From Caenispirillum bisanense (GTDB lineage: Bacteria; Pseudomonadota; Alphaproteobacteria; Rhodospirillales; Rhodospirillaceae): DNA of 64,000 nucleotides. The notes under the pieces are model-generated. The model was given only the letters and a program-made list of their open reading frames with translations. It was not told the DNA's origin and did not search any database. The DNA lies in assembly GCA_945906455.1 (NCBI GenBank), contig CAMDRB010000001.1:710-64709 (forward strand), written 5' to 3'. Shown piece after piece: positions 1 through 9,083 of the stretch (positions are counted from its first letter, which is position 1; each line of letters begins with the position of its first letter). The position numbers and the translations under genes are program-made.

Positions 1-125
1 CAACCCTGCGCAATTGGGAACAGGGGCGCAACGCCATCGACCCGGCGGCACGCTCGCTGTTGCTGGTCGTCGCACGCAATCCCAAGGCAGCGCTCGCCGC
101 GCTGGCGTCGGCCGCGGCCGCGTAG
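1..125 (+). CDS. C-terminal fragment of an XRE/MqsA-like helix-turn-helix protein (5' end outside the window)
   Basis: The open frame enters from the left edge and reads ...TLRNWEQGRNAIDPAARSLLLVVARNPKAALAALASAAAA, with TAG at 123-125. The NWEQGR..P...AR.LL motif is typical of small HTH antitoxin/regulator proteins. Confidence 0.45.
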   Translation, partial: TLRNWEQGRNAIDPAARSLLLVVARNPKAALAALASAAAA

Positions 126-132
126 AAAATTG

Positions 133-532
133 CGCCAGATGGCCTATAAGCCGGGTTCTGTCCCTGAGTCGAAACTCAATGGATGGCCATTCCTCTGGGA
201 TGCGCATTGCTGCGCACCTCGACGCGACCGACCCGGACGACGGTGCGGAAACCCACCTTTCGGCGTAGCAAGCTACCCGAACGGCCGTCCCTATTTGGTC
301 TTGCTCCAGGTGGGGTTTACCTTGCCGCCGCTGTTACCAGCCGCGCGGTGCGCTCTTACCGCACCATTTCACCCTTACCGGCACACCCTTTTACGGGCGG
401 GTCGGCGGTTTGTTTTCTGTGGCACTTTCCCTGGGGTTGCCCCCGCCGGACGTTATCCGGCACCTTGCTTCCGTGGAGCCCGGACTTTCCTCCCTTTGCG
501 TGAGCAAAGAGCGGCCATCCAGCCATCTGGCG
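133..532 (-). ncRNA. rnpB: RNase P RNA (bacterial type A)
   Basis: The reverse complement contains the universally conserved GGAGGAAAGTCCGGGCTCC, GGTAAGGGTGAAATGGTGCGGTAAGAGCGCACC and ACAGAACCCGGCTTATAGGCC blocks. The P1 stem is formed by GCCAGATGGC (5') and GCCATCTGGC (3'). Confidence 0.92.
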
Positions 533-539
533 CGACCGT

Positions 540-568
540 ACAATGAGCGGCGGCTTACCCGGCGTCAA
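540..568 (-). promoter_or_regulatory. Putative sigma70-type promoter of rnpB
   Basis: On the minus strand: TTGACG (563-568), a 17-nt spacer, CATTGT (540-545), then about 7 nt to the first base of the P1 stem. Confidence 0.35.
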
Positions 569-593
569 GTATTGGCCCGGCGTCAAGTATTGG
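558..593. repeat. Perfect 18-bp tandem duplication (2 copies of cccggcgtcaagtattgg)
   Basis: 558-575 is identical to 576-593. The repeat spans the amidase stop codon and the -35-like TTGACG upstream of rnpB. Confidence 0.95.
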
Positions 594-1341
594 CCCGGGA
601 TGATGCGAAGCGTACGGCCACGGCGGCGATGCGCGCGGCGGTGGCGCTATCAAGCAGCCCGTCGACCCGGTCCTGGCGATAGCGCGATTGAAAGGCGGCA
701 ATAACGTCGGTGACCGCGGACTCCGGGCGCAGGATGTCGCTGCCGAGTTCCGGGGTCATCGGCACCGCGTAGCCGATTTCCGAGAGCCTGCGCAAAGCTC
801 GGTTCAAGTCCGGATGACCGGGAACCGTGACCGTGTCCTCGGGCCAAAGGCCGATGCCGTGGGTGGCGAGCTCCCGCCACGGAAACAGCTCGCCGGGATC
901 GGTTTTACGTCCCGGAGCCACGTCGGAGTGGCCCAACACATCGCAAGCAGCGATGCCGTGACGGAGCATGGTGCCCTGCGCAAGTGTGATCAACGCCTCG
1001 ATCTGCGGTGTGGGAAATGGGCGATAACCGTATTCATGACCGGGATTGACGATCTCGATTCCGACCGACGTGCTGTTGATGTCATGAACGCCGCGCCAGA
1101 ACGAAGCGCCGGCGTGCCAGGCGCGTTTATCCTCGGCCACCAGGCAGTAAACCGCGCCATCTTCGTCGACGACATAGTGCGCGCTAACCTCGGCCTTGGC
1201 ATCGCATAGGCGATCAAGGGCTTCCTGGCAGGATTTCATGCCGGTGTAGTGCACGACCAAGTGGCGCACGCGGACGCTGCCGTCGATGGCGAGGCGGGGT
1301 CCGAAGTTGGGCGATGCGAGCGTTTTGATGACAAGAGTCAT
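583..1341 (-). CDS. N-acetylmuramoyl-L-alanine amidase (AmpD/amidase_2 family) with a C-terminal peptidoglycan-binding-like region
   Basis: Motifs HYTGM, AHYVVDEDG, WHAG, SVGIEIVNPGH and GHSDVAPGRKTDPG match AmpD-type amidases. The start is taken at MTLVIK. Confidence 0.85.
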   Translation of the reverse strand: MTLVIKTLASPNFGPRLAIDGSVRVRHLVVHYTGMKSCQEALDRLCDAKAEVSAHYVVDEDGAVYCLVAEDKRAWHAGASFWRGVHDINSTSVGIEIVNPGHEYGYRPFPTPQIEALITLAQGTMLRHGIAACDVLGHSDVAPGRKTDPGELFPWRELATHGIGLWPEDTVTVPGHPDLNRALRRLSEIGYAVPMTPELGSDILRPESAVTDVIAAFQSRYRQDRVDGLLDSATAARIAAVAVRFASSRANT

Positions 1342-1511
1342 GAACAAAGAAACGAAGATCGGGACCAGCCACGCTGGAGCAAGCCTGATTATATACCGGT
1401 GCGTTCGCCGATGCTCCGAATTTGTCTAAATCCGCGACATATGCTAACTGATAGGCAGTGAAATCGGCGGCTTTACGGTCCCTTGGACGGGAAGCCAAAA
1501 GGGAGAACTCG

Positions 1512-3296
1512 ATGACGACCTACTCCGTTCCTTTGCGCGAAATGCGCTTTGTGCTGCACGACGTTTTTGGCGCCGCCGACACGTTGACGGCATTGCCCGG
1601 GTTTGCCGACGCCACCGCCGATGTCATGGATGCGGTCCTCGATGAGTGCGCCAAGTTGTGCGAAGGCGTGCTCTTCCCGATCAACCAGAGCGGCGACCAG
1701 GAAGGCTGCACCATCAAGGACGGCAAGGTCACGACCCCCAAGGGTTTCAGGGAGGCCTACAAACAATATGCCGAGGGCGGCTGGTGCGGCCTGACGGCCG
1801 ATCCTGAATTTGGCGGTCAGGGTTTGCCCGAAACCATCGACTACCTGGTGGGCGAGATGGTCGGTTCGGCCAACCTCTCGCTCGGCCTCTATCCCGGCTT
1901 GACGCAAGGTACGATTCTCGCGCTCACGGCCTTCGGTACACCCGAGCAGAAGAAAGTCTATTTGCCCAAGCTGATCAGCGGCGCATGGCAAGGCACCATG
2001 TGCCTGACCGAGTCCCATGCCGGCTCGGACCTCGGCCTTTTGCGCACCAAGGCGGTACCGAACAGTGACGGCAGCTACAGCGTCACCGGCACCAAGATTT
2101 TCATTTCCGCCGGCGAGCACGACATGACCGAGAATCACGTCCACCTGGTCCTCGCGCGCCTGCCCGATGCGCCCGAAGGCAGCCGGGGCATTTCGATGTT
2201 CCTGGTGCCAAAGTTCCTGCCCAACGCCGACGGCTCGCCGGGCAAGCCCAACGCCGCCGCCGCCGGATCGATCGAGCATAAGATGGGGATGAAGGGTTCG
2301 GTCACCTGCGTCATGAACTTCGACGGCGCCAAGGGCTGGCTGGTGGGTCAGCCGCACAAGGGCCTCGCGGGTATGTTCGTGATGATGAATAAGGAGCGCC
2401 TGTTCGTCGGCAGCCAGGGCATCAGCGTCGGCGAGGTCGCCTATCAAAGTGCTGTCACCTACGCCAAGGACCGCCTGCAGGGCCGCGCCGCGGCGACGCC
2501 TTCGCGTCCCGACCAGGCCGCCGATCCGATCATCGTTCATCCCGACATTCGCAACCGCTTGCTGGCGTCCCGCGCGATTGTCGAAGCCTTGCGCGCGCTC
2601 TCGGTTTGGACTCACATCCAGGTGGATATTTCCCACAAACATCCCGACGCCGAGGTCCGCCAACGCGCCGACGACATGGTTGGCCTGATGACGCCGATTG
2701 TTAAGGCCGGTGGCACGGACTACGGCTCGGAAATCGCCAATGCTTGTTTGCAAGTTCTGGGTGGCCACGGCTACATCCGCGAACACGGCATGGAGCAGCT
2801 GGTGCGCGATGTTCGCATCACGCAAATATACGAAGGCACCAACACCATCCAGGCGCTGGACCTGGTGGGGCGCAAACTCGGCATCGACGGCGGACGCCTG
2901 TTCACCGGCTGGCTGAAGGAAGTCGATGATACCTTGAGCCGCGTCTCCGGTCGCAACGACATGGCCGAGTTCGCGGCACCTTTGAAGGATTCGTTGGAAC
3001 GGCTGAAGGCCGCAACCGCCTGGCTGCTTGAAGAATCTAAGCACGACCCGAACGCGCGCGCCGCCGCCGCCAACGACTATTTGCGCCTGTTCGGGTTGAC
3101 GGCGTTTGCCTGGATGTGGGTGTCGATGATCGAAGCAGCCCTGGCCAAGAAGGACAGCGACGCCGAATTCACAGCCACCAAGCTGCATGTCGGTCGCTAT
3201 TTCATGCAACGACTGCTGCCGCAGGTCGGTGGGCTGGATGCGGTTATGCGCGCCGGCAGCAAATCGCTGATGGCCCTCGCGGAAGGCGCATTCTGA
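1512..3296 (+). CDS. Acyl-CoA dehydrogenase (long form with C-terminal extension)
   Basis: About 595 aa with CLTESHAGSDL, GTKIFISAGEHD and QIYEGTNTIQALDL motifs. A GGGAGA RBS lies upstream of the ATG at 1512. Confidence 0.88.
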   Translation: MTTYSVPLREMRFVLHDVFGAADTLTALPGFADATADVMDAVLDECAKLCEGVLFPINQSGDQEGCTIKDGKVTTPKGFREAYKQYAEGGWCGLTADPEFGGQGLPETIDYLVGEMVGSANLSLGLYPGLTQGTILALTAFGTPEQKKVYLPKLISGAWQGTMCLTESHAGSDLGLLRTKAVPNSDGSYSVTGTKIFISAGEHDMTENHVHLVLARLPDAPEGSRGISMFLVPKFLPNADGSPGKPNAAAAGSIEHKMGMKGSVTCVMNFDGAKGWLVGQPHKGLAGMFVMMNKERLFVGSQGISVGEVAYQSAVTYAKDRLQGRAAATPSRPDQAADPIIVHPDIRNRLLASRAIVEALRALSVWTHIQVDISHKHPDAEVRQRADDMVGLMTPIVKAGGTDYGSEIANACLQVLGGHGYIREHGMEQLVRDVRITQIYEGTNTIQALDLVGRKLGIDGGRLFTGWLKEVDDTLSRVSGRNDMAEFAAPLKDSLERLKAATAWLLEESKHDPNARAAAANDYLRLFGLTAFAWMWVSMIEAALAKKDSDAEFTATKLHVGRYFMQRLLPQVGGLDAVMRAGSKSLMALAEGAF

Positions 3297-6200
3297 TCTC
3301 GCTGCGTTCACCGGTTTTCGTCAAGGCGCTGCTCGCGGCGGCGGGCGTATTGATAACTCTTGGCGGGCTTCTGGTTGCGCCGAACCTGATCGACTGGACG
3401 CCCTACCGCGCGGCCTTCGCCGAACGCTTATTCGCCGCCACCGGTCGCAAAGTTTCGATCGACGGCGACGTGGACTTTGTATTGTTGCCGCGCCCGGCCT
3501 TCAACGCCAACGAAGTGCGGATCAACGGGGCGGTCGCCGACGATTTTGTCGCGATCGAGCGCCTCAGCGCGCGCCTAGCGGTTTTCCCCCTGCTGAAGGG
3601 CGAGTTCGCGTTCCGCGAACTTGTCCTCATGCGCCCCGAGGCCCGCCTAACGCGCGATCTGGAAGGCCGGATCGATTTCTTGCCCGCTTTCCTGGCATCG
3701 GAGCGCTCCCAGGCATCGCCGGTGCCTTCGGATTCAGCGACGACACCGTTCGATTGGGACGTGGAACGCGTGGTGATCGAGGGTGGGGTCGCCAGCCTTC
3801 GCGACAGCGCCGATGGCGCGATATTTACCGTGCACGGCGTCGATCTGGCCGTAGGCGCACCGCAAGTGGCGCCGGTTACGATTGCCGGGAATTTTGTTGT
3901 CGCCGACGTTCCGATGACGCTCAACGCTGTCATCGGCCGCGTCGGTGGTGGGGTGAACACGGTGTCGGCTACTTTGGGTCTTGCCGAGGCCGATACCGCC
4001 GCCAAGTTCTCAGGAACGTTTGCGCCCTCTCGTGACTGGGAGGTTCGCGGTGATCTCAATATCGCGAGCGCAACCGCGGCGGCGTTGATGGCGTCCTTGG
4101 ACCTGGTCGATGCGGCTTCGCTTCTCCCGCAGGCCCTGCAAGGCGCACTTTCCCTCGACGCCAAGATCCGGGGAAACCGTAGCGCTGTTTTCGCCGATCC
4201 GCTGGTCGCCGATATCGGCGGCACACCGGCGCGGGGCACGTTGAATTGGCGCGCGGCCGATGGAAATCCCGACGCCTCGCCCATGATCGATCTGACCATC
4301 GAGGTCGGTACGGTGCAAGTGGAGGCTTGGCGGTTTGCTGAAGCTAACGCGAGCATTCCGAAATCCTTTGCAACGCGAAATAAATTTGCCGTGGTAAAGA
4401 CCGCCCACGCCCAGGCGGCGGCCCCGCCGCTGACGAATGTCGGCTTGTTGACGGCCTTCAAAAAAACCAACGCGAAGATCGGCGTACGGATTCCGGTATT
4501 GTCCTATCGCGGTCAGACGCTGCGCGGTGGCGCGCTCGCAGCCTCGATCGCCGAGGGCGTGCTGACCGTCTCCGATGCCTCGGTCGAACTTCCCGCCGCA
4601 ACCTACGTCAAGGCTGCCGGTCTGGTCCGGCTGGAGCAGGCGCCGGTGTTCGAAGGCATTCTCGATATGCAGACCGGAGATCTGCGCGGCATGCTCGCCT
4701 GGCTCGGCTTCGATATCGATCCCGCGCGGCGTCTGCCCGGCCGGCTGAGCAATGCGACGCTGCGCGCGGGGCTGCAAGGCACGCCGGCACGCATCGCGCT
4801 CGGAGACATTTCCGCAACCATCGACACCAGCGCTATCACCGGGAGCATGTCCTGGGCGCGCGAAGGCGGCGCGCGTTCAACAATGGGCCTCGACCTCGCG
4901 GTCAACGCGCTCAATATCGATATCTATGCGCCGTTGTTCAAGGAGCCGACTCCCGAGGCAGCGGTCGCCTCCGGCGGCAGCCCGCCGGATAAGCCCACGA
5001 CTTACGGGGTCACGCCGACATTCACGGCGTTTTCCGCTTTGGCCGATTTTGATGCCGAGATGCGTCTGCGAATCGATTCAGTTACGGCGGGCGGCATCGC
5101 CAACGGCAAGGTCGGGCTTGATCTTGCGCTCAAGGACGCGACACTGACCGTGCGGAGCGCATCCTTTGAAAATGTCGGCGGCGCCACGGCATGGTTCAGC
5201 GGCGGCATTGGCGGCTTCGGCGTGAGCCCAAACTTCGACAATCTAAAGTTTGACCTGAGCACGCCCGATTTGGTCAGGGTTGGTCGCGCCTTCGGATTTG
5301 AGGTGCCAACGCCGCTCCGGTCACTCTCGCCGGTTTCGCTCACGGGAGTCGTCAAGGGCGGCCTCGCCCAGGCCGACCTTACCGCGACCCTCAAGGCCGC
5401 CAACCTTTCGATTCGCGCCGACGGTCAGGCTTTGACACTGGACCATCAGCCCCATCTGACGCTGAAGGTCGAAGCCTCGGAGCCCAGTTACGCCGCGCTC
5501 CTGAAGGCCGCCGGCGCGCCGTGGCCGCTCAATCTGGCTGATCCCGGCGCGGTCAAGTTTACCGCCCAGGTGACCCACCAGCGGTCCGAGACGAAAATCG
5601 AAGCCCTTGAATTTCGCATCGGCGAGCATGCTATTACCGGATCGTTGAACATCGCGCGCGGGCAAGGTCTCCCGGAGGTCACGGGATCATTGAGCGGCGT
5701 CGCACTGGCGGTCGACAAGCTCTGGCCGCGCGAGTCCCCCGCGCGCCAGATCACCCCGCGCCAGATCACCCCGCGCCCGGTCGCGACACGTCCTGTCCAG
5801 GGCAATGCGCGCGGTGCCGCGATCGCATCGGCCTGGTCCGATGAGTCCTTCGACTGGCGATTTTTGAGCGGATGGCGTGGGACAATCGAACTCTCAGGCC
5901 GCTCTCTCAGTCTGCGGGGGATCGCCGTGCGCGATTTTTCCTGCCGGATTGTCGTCGCCGACGATGCCGCGGAGATCGTCGACTGGAACGGCAAGGTGTT
6001 CGGCGCGCCGGGGCAAATTTATTTGCGCGCATCGGCATTGCCCGTGCCGTCGCTTCAAGGTGAATTGGCATTTCTCGGCGGCGACCTCGGCGCTGTCGCG
6101 GCATCGGTGAATGGTGGAACGGGGGGCGAAACCGGCGGCCTCAAGTCGGGAGGCAAGGCCGATTTCGCTGGGAGTTTCCGCACGCAGGGGGCGAGCCCGG

Positions 6201-6601
6201 CGGCCTTGGTGGCCGGCCTCGCCGGCTCGGGCACCGTCAAGATCACGACGGCCGATGCCGGCAGCGGCGTCATCTCGGGGCTCCTGGGCGCGGTTGCTGC
6301 CGCCAACCAGCTCGAGGGATTGGCGTCCGGTTCGCAAGGCGGGGGACCGGTGACGCTCGAATCGCGGGTTTCCGCCACGGCGGGGCGGATCAAGATCGAG
6401 GACGCCACCGTGGCGTCGAAATCCTACGGCGGCGCCTTTACCGGCATGATCGATCTGCCAGGCTGGCAGGTGGATCTCGCGGGCAAACTCAGATTGGAAT
6501 CGCGGACCCCGGGAGCGGCCGCGCGTCCCGAGACCGTGGCCATCACGATCAAAGGCGCGCTCGATCTTCCGAACATCATGCTGCTGCCGGTCTCGCCCTA
6601 G
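3290..6601 (+). CDS. AsmA-family outer-membrane biogenesis protein
   Basis: An N-terminal TM segment (VFVKALLAAAGVLITLGGLLVA) is followed by LIDWTPYRAAF...KVSIDGDVDFVLLPRPAF, typical of the AsmA N-domain, then a long Ala/Gly-rich periplasmic body. The start is uncertain: ATT 3290 or CTG 3293 after GGAAGG, versus ATG 3116, which would overlap the upstream gene by 181 nt. Confidence 0.75.
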   Translation: MLISLRSPVFVKALLAAAGVLITLGGLLVAPNLIDWTPYRAAFAERLFAATGRKVSIDGDVDFVLLPRPAFNANEVRINGAVADDFVAIERLSARLAVFPLLKGEFAFRELVLMRPEARLTRDLEGRIDFLPAFLASERSQASPVPSDSATTPFDWDVERVVIEGGVASLRDSADGAIFTVHGVDLAVGAPQVAPVTIAGNFVVADVPMTLNAVIGRVGGGVNTVSATLGLAEADTAAKFSGTFAPSRDWEVRGDLNIASATAAALMASLDLVDAASLLPQALQGALSLDAKIRGNRSAVFADPLVADIGGTPARGTLNWRAADGNPDASPMIDLTIEVGTVQVEAWRFAEANASIPKSFATRNKFAVVKTAHAQAAAPPLTNVGLLTAFKKTNAKIGVRIPVLSYRGQTLRGGALAASIAEGVLTVSDASVELPAATYVKAAGLVRLEQAPVFEGILDMQTGDLRGMLAWLGFDIDPARRLPGRLSNATLRAGLQGTPARIALGDISATIDTSAITGSMSWAREGGARSTMGLDLAVNALNIDIYAPLFKEPTPEAAVASGGSPPDKPTTYGVTPTFTAFSALADFDAEMRLRIDSVTAGGIANGKVGLDLALKDATLTVRSASFENVGGATAWFSGGIGGFGVSPNFDNLKFDLSTPDLVRVGRAFGFEVPTPLRSLSPVSLTGVVKGGLAQADLTATLKAANLSIRADGQALTLDHQPHLTLKVEASEPSYAALLKAAGAPWPLNLADPGAVKFTAQVTHQRSETKIEALEFRIGEHAITGSLNIARGQGLPEVTGSLSGVALAVDKLWPRESPARQITPRQITPRPVATRPVQGNARGAAIASAWSDESFDWRFLSGWRGTIELSGRSLSLRGIAVRDFSCRIVVADDAAEIVDWNGKVFGAPGQIYLRASALPVPSLQGELAFLGGDLGAVAASVNGGTGGETGGLKSGGKADFAGSFRTQGASPAALVAGLAGSGTVKITTADAGSGVISGLLGAVAAANQLEGLASGSQGGGPVTLESRVSATAGRIKIEDATVASKSYGGAFTGMIDLPGWQVDLAGKLRLESRTPGAAARPETVAITIKGALDLPNIMLLPVSP
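5744..5773. repeat. 15-bp in-frame tandem duplication (cgccagatcaccccg x2) inside asmA-family gene
   Basis: It encodes RQITP-RQITP. The two copies are identical. Confidence 0.9.
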
Positions 6602-6816
6602 ATTCGGTTTTGCTTCTGCAGCTCGCGCAGCACAAAGACGCGGATGGCGCTGGAAAGGTTGCCGTTACGTGCGCCGTCGACGTTGGCAATCAGCGTGTTG
6701 ATAGAGGTTTTTTTGCGCAGGGCGATGTCGCGCAGCGCGTCCCAAAACGGCGCCTCGATCGATACGCTGGTGCGATGACCGGCGATGTCCACCGAGCGCT
6801 TCTTCACTTCAGACAT
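6598..6816 (-). CDS. Small ribbon-helix-helix domain protein
   Basis: 72 aa. KRSVDIAGHRTSVSIEAPFWDALRDIA...INTLIANVD resembles RHH_4-type proteins. It starts 6 nt downstream of the fumC stop. Confidence 0.6.
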   Translation of the reverse strand: MSEVKKRSVDIAGHRTSVSIEAPFWDALRDIALRKKTSINTLIANVDGARNGNLSSAIRVFVLRELQKQNRI

Positions 6817-6822
6817 ACAGTC

Positions 6823-8217
6823 TCAATCATGCGGACCAGTCATCTCGGCGGGTTTGATCCACGCGTCAAACTGCGCCGAGGTAACGTGGCCCGATTTCAA
6901 CGCCGCCTGCTTCAACGTCAAGCTTTCGGCGTGGGCGGACTTGGCGATCTGGGCGGATTTGTCATAGCCGATATGCGGCGCCAGCGCCGTCACCAGCATC
7001 AGTGAATTCTCGACATGGTGGGCAATCGCCGCTTTGTCGGGTTTCAAGCCGCTTACGCAATGGGTGACAAAGCTGACGATGGCGTCACTGAGCAGGCGGA
7101 TCGACTGCAGGATGTTGTAGGCGATCACCGGTTTGAAGACATTGAGTTCCAAATGACCGTGGGACCCGGCGACCGAGATCGTCATGTGGTTGCCCATGAC
7201 TTGGGCGCAAACCATGGTCAGGGCCTCGGCCTGTGTTGGGTTAACTTTTCCGGGCATGATCGAAGAGCCGGGCTCGTTGGCGGGCAGGATCAATTCGCCA
7301 AGGCCCGAGCGCGGGCCCGACGCCAGCAGGCGGATATCGTTGGCGATTTTCATGAGCGATACGGCGATGGTGTTCAAAGCGCCGGAGACTTCGACCATGG
7401 CATCGTGCGTCGCCAGGGATTCGAAAAAGTTCGTCGATGGCCAGAACGCGATATCGGTCTGTTTGCGCAGCTCGCCGCAGAACTTGTCAGCGAAGCCCTT
7501 CTTGGAATTGAGGCCGGTGCCGACAGCCGTACCGCCCTGGGCAAGGCGCGTGAGGCGGGGCATGGTGGCTTTCAAACGCTCGACGCCGTAGCCGGCCTGG
7601 GCGGCGTAGCCCGAGAATTCCTGGCCGAGCGTCAAGGGCGTTGCGTCCTGCAAGTGAGTCCGGCCGATCTTGACGATCTCGGCGAAGGCCTCGGCCTTGT
7701 TGTCGAGGCTGCCATGGAGTCTTTCCAATGCCGGCATCAGCCGCAAGGTCACTTCCTGGGCAACGGCGATGTGCATGACCGCCGGGAAACTATCGTTGGA
7801 CGACTGGCCGAGGTTGACGTGGTCGTTGGGATGAACCGGGCTTTTGCCGCCCCTCTTGCCGGTGAGGATTTCGTTGGCACGCCCGGCGATGACTTCGTTG
7901 GCGTTCATGTTGGTCTGGGTGCCGGAACCGGTCTGCCAGACCACCAGCGGAAACTCGTCGTCGAGCTTGCCGTCGGCGACTTCCTGGGCGGCTTGGGCGA
8001 TGACGTCGGCGATCTCCGCCGGCAGTTCGCCGAGAATCTTATTGGCCAGGGCCGCTGCGCGCTTCTGGGTGCCGAAGGCGCGGACCAAGGCGAGCGGCAT
8101 GCGCTCGCCGCCGATCTTGAAGTTCTCAATACTGCGTTGGGTCTGGGCCCCCCAATAGCGGTCGGCGGGAACCCCGACAGGCCCCATGGTGTCGGTTTCG
8201 GTGCGGGTGGACATCAT
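6823..8217 (-). CDS. fumC: Class II fumarate hydratase
   Basis: 464 aa with the [13 protein letters not shown] signature, [22 protein letters not shown] at the N-terminus and [12 protein letters not shown]. The start is taken at ATGATG 8217. Confidence 0.95.
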   Translation of the reverse strand: MMSTRTETDTMGPVGVPADRYWGAQTQRSIENFKIGGERMPLALVRAFGTQKRAAALANKILGELPAEIADVIAQAAQEVADGKLDDEFPLVVWQTGSGTQTNMNANEVIAGRANEILTGKRGGKSPVHPNDHVNLGQSSNDSFPAVMHIAVAQEVTLRLMPALERLHGSLDNKAEAFAEIVKIGRTHLQDATPLTLGQEFSGYAAQAGYGVERLKATMPRLTRLAQGGTAVGTGLNSKKGFADKFCGELRKQTDIAFWPSTNFFESLATHDAMVEVSGALNTIAVSLMKIANDIRLLASGPRSGLGELILPANEPGSSIMPGKVNPTQAEALTMVCAQVMGNHMTISVAGSHGHLELNVFKPVIAYNILQSIRLLSDAIVSFVTHCVSGLKPDKAAIAHHVENSLMLVTALAPHIGYDKSAQIAKSAHAESLTLKQAALKSGHVTSAQFDAWIKPAEMTGPHD

Positions 8218-8227
8218 TGCCTCGCTT

Positions 8228-8845
8228 TCAACCCAAAACTGCAAGGAATGTGGCGGCGGCGTCAAGGGCGGCCGTCAGATTTTGGTCCTGCGTCAGTCCG
8301 GAGGCCTTACGCGGCTTGAGGTCGTGGTCGCCGTCTTCCGCCCAGTGGACGTGGATGGCGGGCGAAAGCGCCAAGGCCGAGACTGCCTCACAGTCGCCTA
8401 AGGGATCGCGCGTGCCCTGACATATAAGTGTAGGAGTCTTGAGGGCGACGAGGTGGGATGTGCGCGGCTTGTCCTTACGGCCGGCACCGTAAAACGGATA
8501 GCCGAGGCAAATGAGGCCCTTAACTTTCTTTTCGTCGGCGATCAGGCTGGCCATGCGCCCACCCATGGACTTGCCGCCGATGACAAGGCGCGAAGCGCCG
8601 AGGTCGGCGATCACGGCCCGCCACGTCTCCAACAAAACCGGCTGGCGGTCGGGCGGTCGGCGTTTGCCGTTCTCGCGGCGCGTGGCCATGTAAGGAAACT
8701 CAAACCGGGCGACGCGGTGACCTCGCGCGGCCAGTCCTTCGGCGAAGAAATTCATGAAGGGCGTGTCCATGGGCGCGCCCGCGCCGTGCGCCAGAACAAT
8801 GGTGAGGGGCGCGGAGGATGGGCCGTTGTGGATGAAATCAGGCAT
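8228..8845 (-). CDS. Alpha/beta hydrolase (COG3571-like, dienelactone-hydrolase fold)
   Basis: [18 protein letters not shown] and [11 protein letters not shown] (a GxSxG nucleophile elbow). A GGGAG RBS precedes the ATG at 8845. Confidence 0.7.
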   Translation of the reverse strand: MPDFIHNGPSSAPLTIVLAHGAGAPMDTPFMNFFAEGLAARGHRVARFEFPYMATRRENGKRRPPDRQPVLLETWRAVIADLGASRLVIGGKSMGGRMASLIADEKKVKGLICLGYPFYGAGRKDKPRTSHLVALKTPTLICQGTRDPLGDCEAVSALALSPAIHVHWAEDGDHDLKPRKASGLTQDQNLTAALDAAATFLAVLG

Positions 8846-8864
8846 GGCCGACTCCCAACTCAAT

Positions 8865-8904
8865 TGTCATCCTTGGGCGCGCGAAGCGCGTCCCGAGGAT
8901 CCAG
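8865..8904. repeat. Palindromic intergenic repeat unit (gtcatcc..gggcgcgcgaagcgcgtccc..ggatcc)
   Basis: An internal GC-rich hairpin is flanked by gtcatcc and ggatcc. It forms an inverted pair with 8990-9024. Confidence 0.7.
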
Positions 8905-8989
8905 AGCAGTAGCGATGAACGGCTGCCGCAATCACTGGTGTTTGCTGGAAGGACGGTTCGTTCAATATGCCGACAGCGCTTCATTTACC

Positions 8990-9024
8990 CTGGATCCCCG
9001 GGTCAAGCCCGGGGATGACGGCGG
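8990..9024. repeat. Palindromic intergenic repeat unit, opposite orientation (ggatcc ccgggtcaagcccgg ggatgac)
   Basis: The reverse complement reads gtcatcc ccgggcttgacccgg ggatcc. It has the same termini as the unit at 8865-8904. Confidence 0.7.
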
Positions 9025-9083
9025 AGTGTGATGCGCCACCGGCGCCAAAGCACGAGGGTGGAGTATGGAGCGCCGTCGGCGCT

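Noticed and set aside
130-586. Several 76-138-aa ORFs on both strands over 130-586
   Set aside because: The region folds as and matches RNase P RNA. The ORFs are by-products of a GC-rich structured RNA gene.
558-593. Short tandem repeats (18 bp x2 here; 15 bp x2 at 5744-5773) as CRISPR-like arrays
   Set aside because: Only two directly abutting copies are present, with no spacers and no cas genes. They are simple slippage duplications.
1473-3311. 612-aa ORF on the minus strand exactly mirroring the acyl-CoA dehydrogenase gene
   Set aside because: This is a typical high-GC antisense ORF. The translation is Arg/Gly/Ala-rich with no recognisable motif, while the plus-strand product has clear ACAD motifs.
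7015-8319. 434-aa plus-strand ORF antisense to fumC
   Set aside because: Same high-GC antisense artefact. fumC on the minus strand carries the [11 protein letters not shown] signature.
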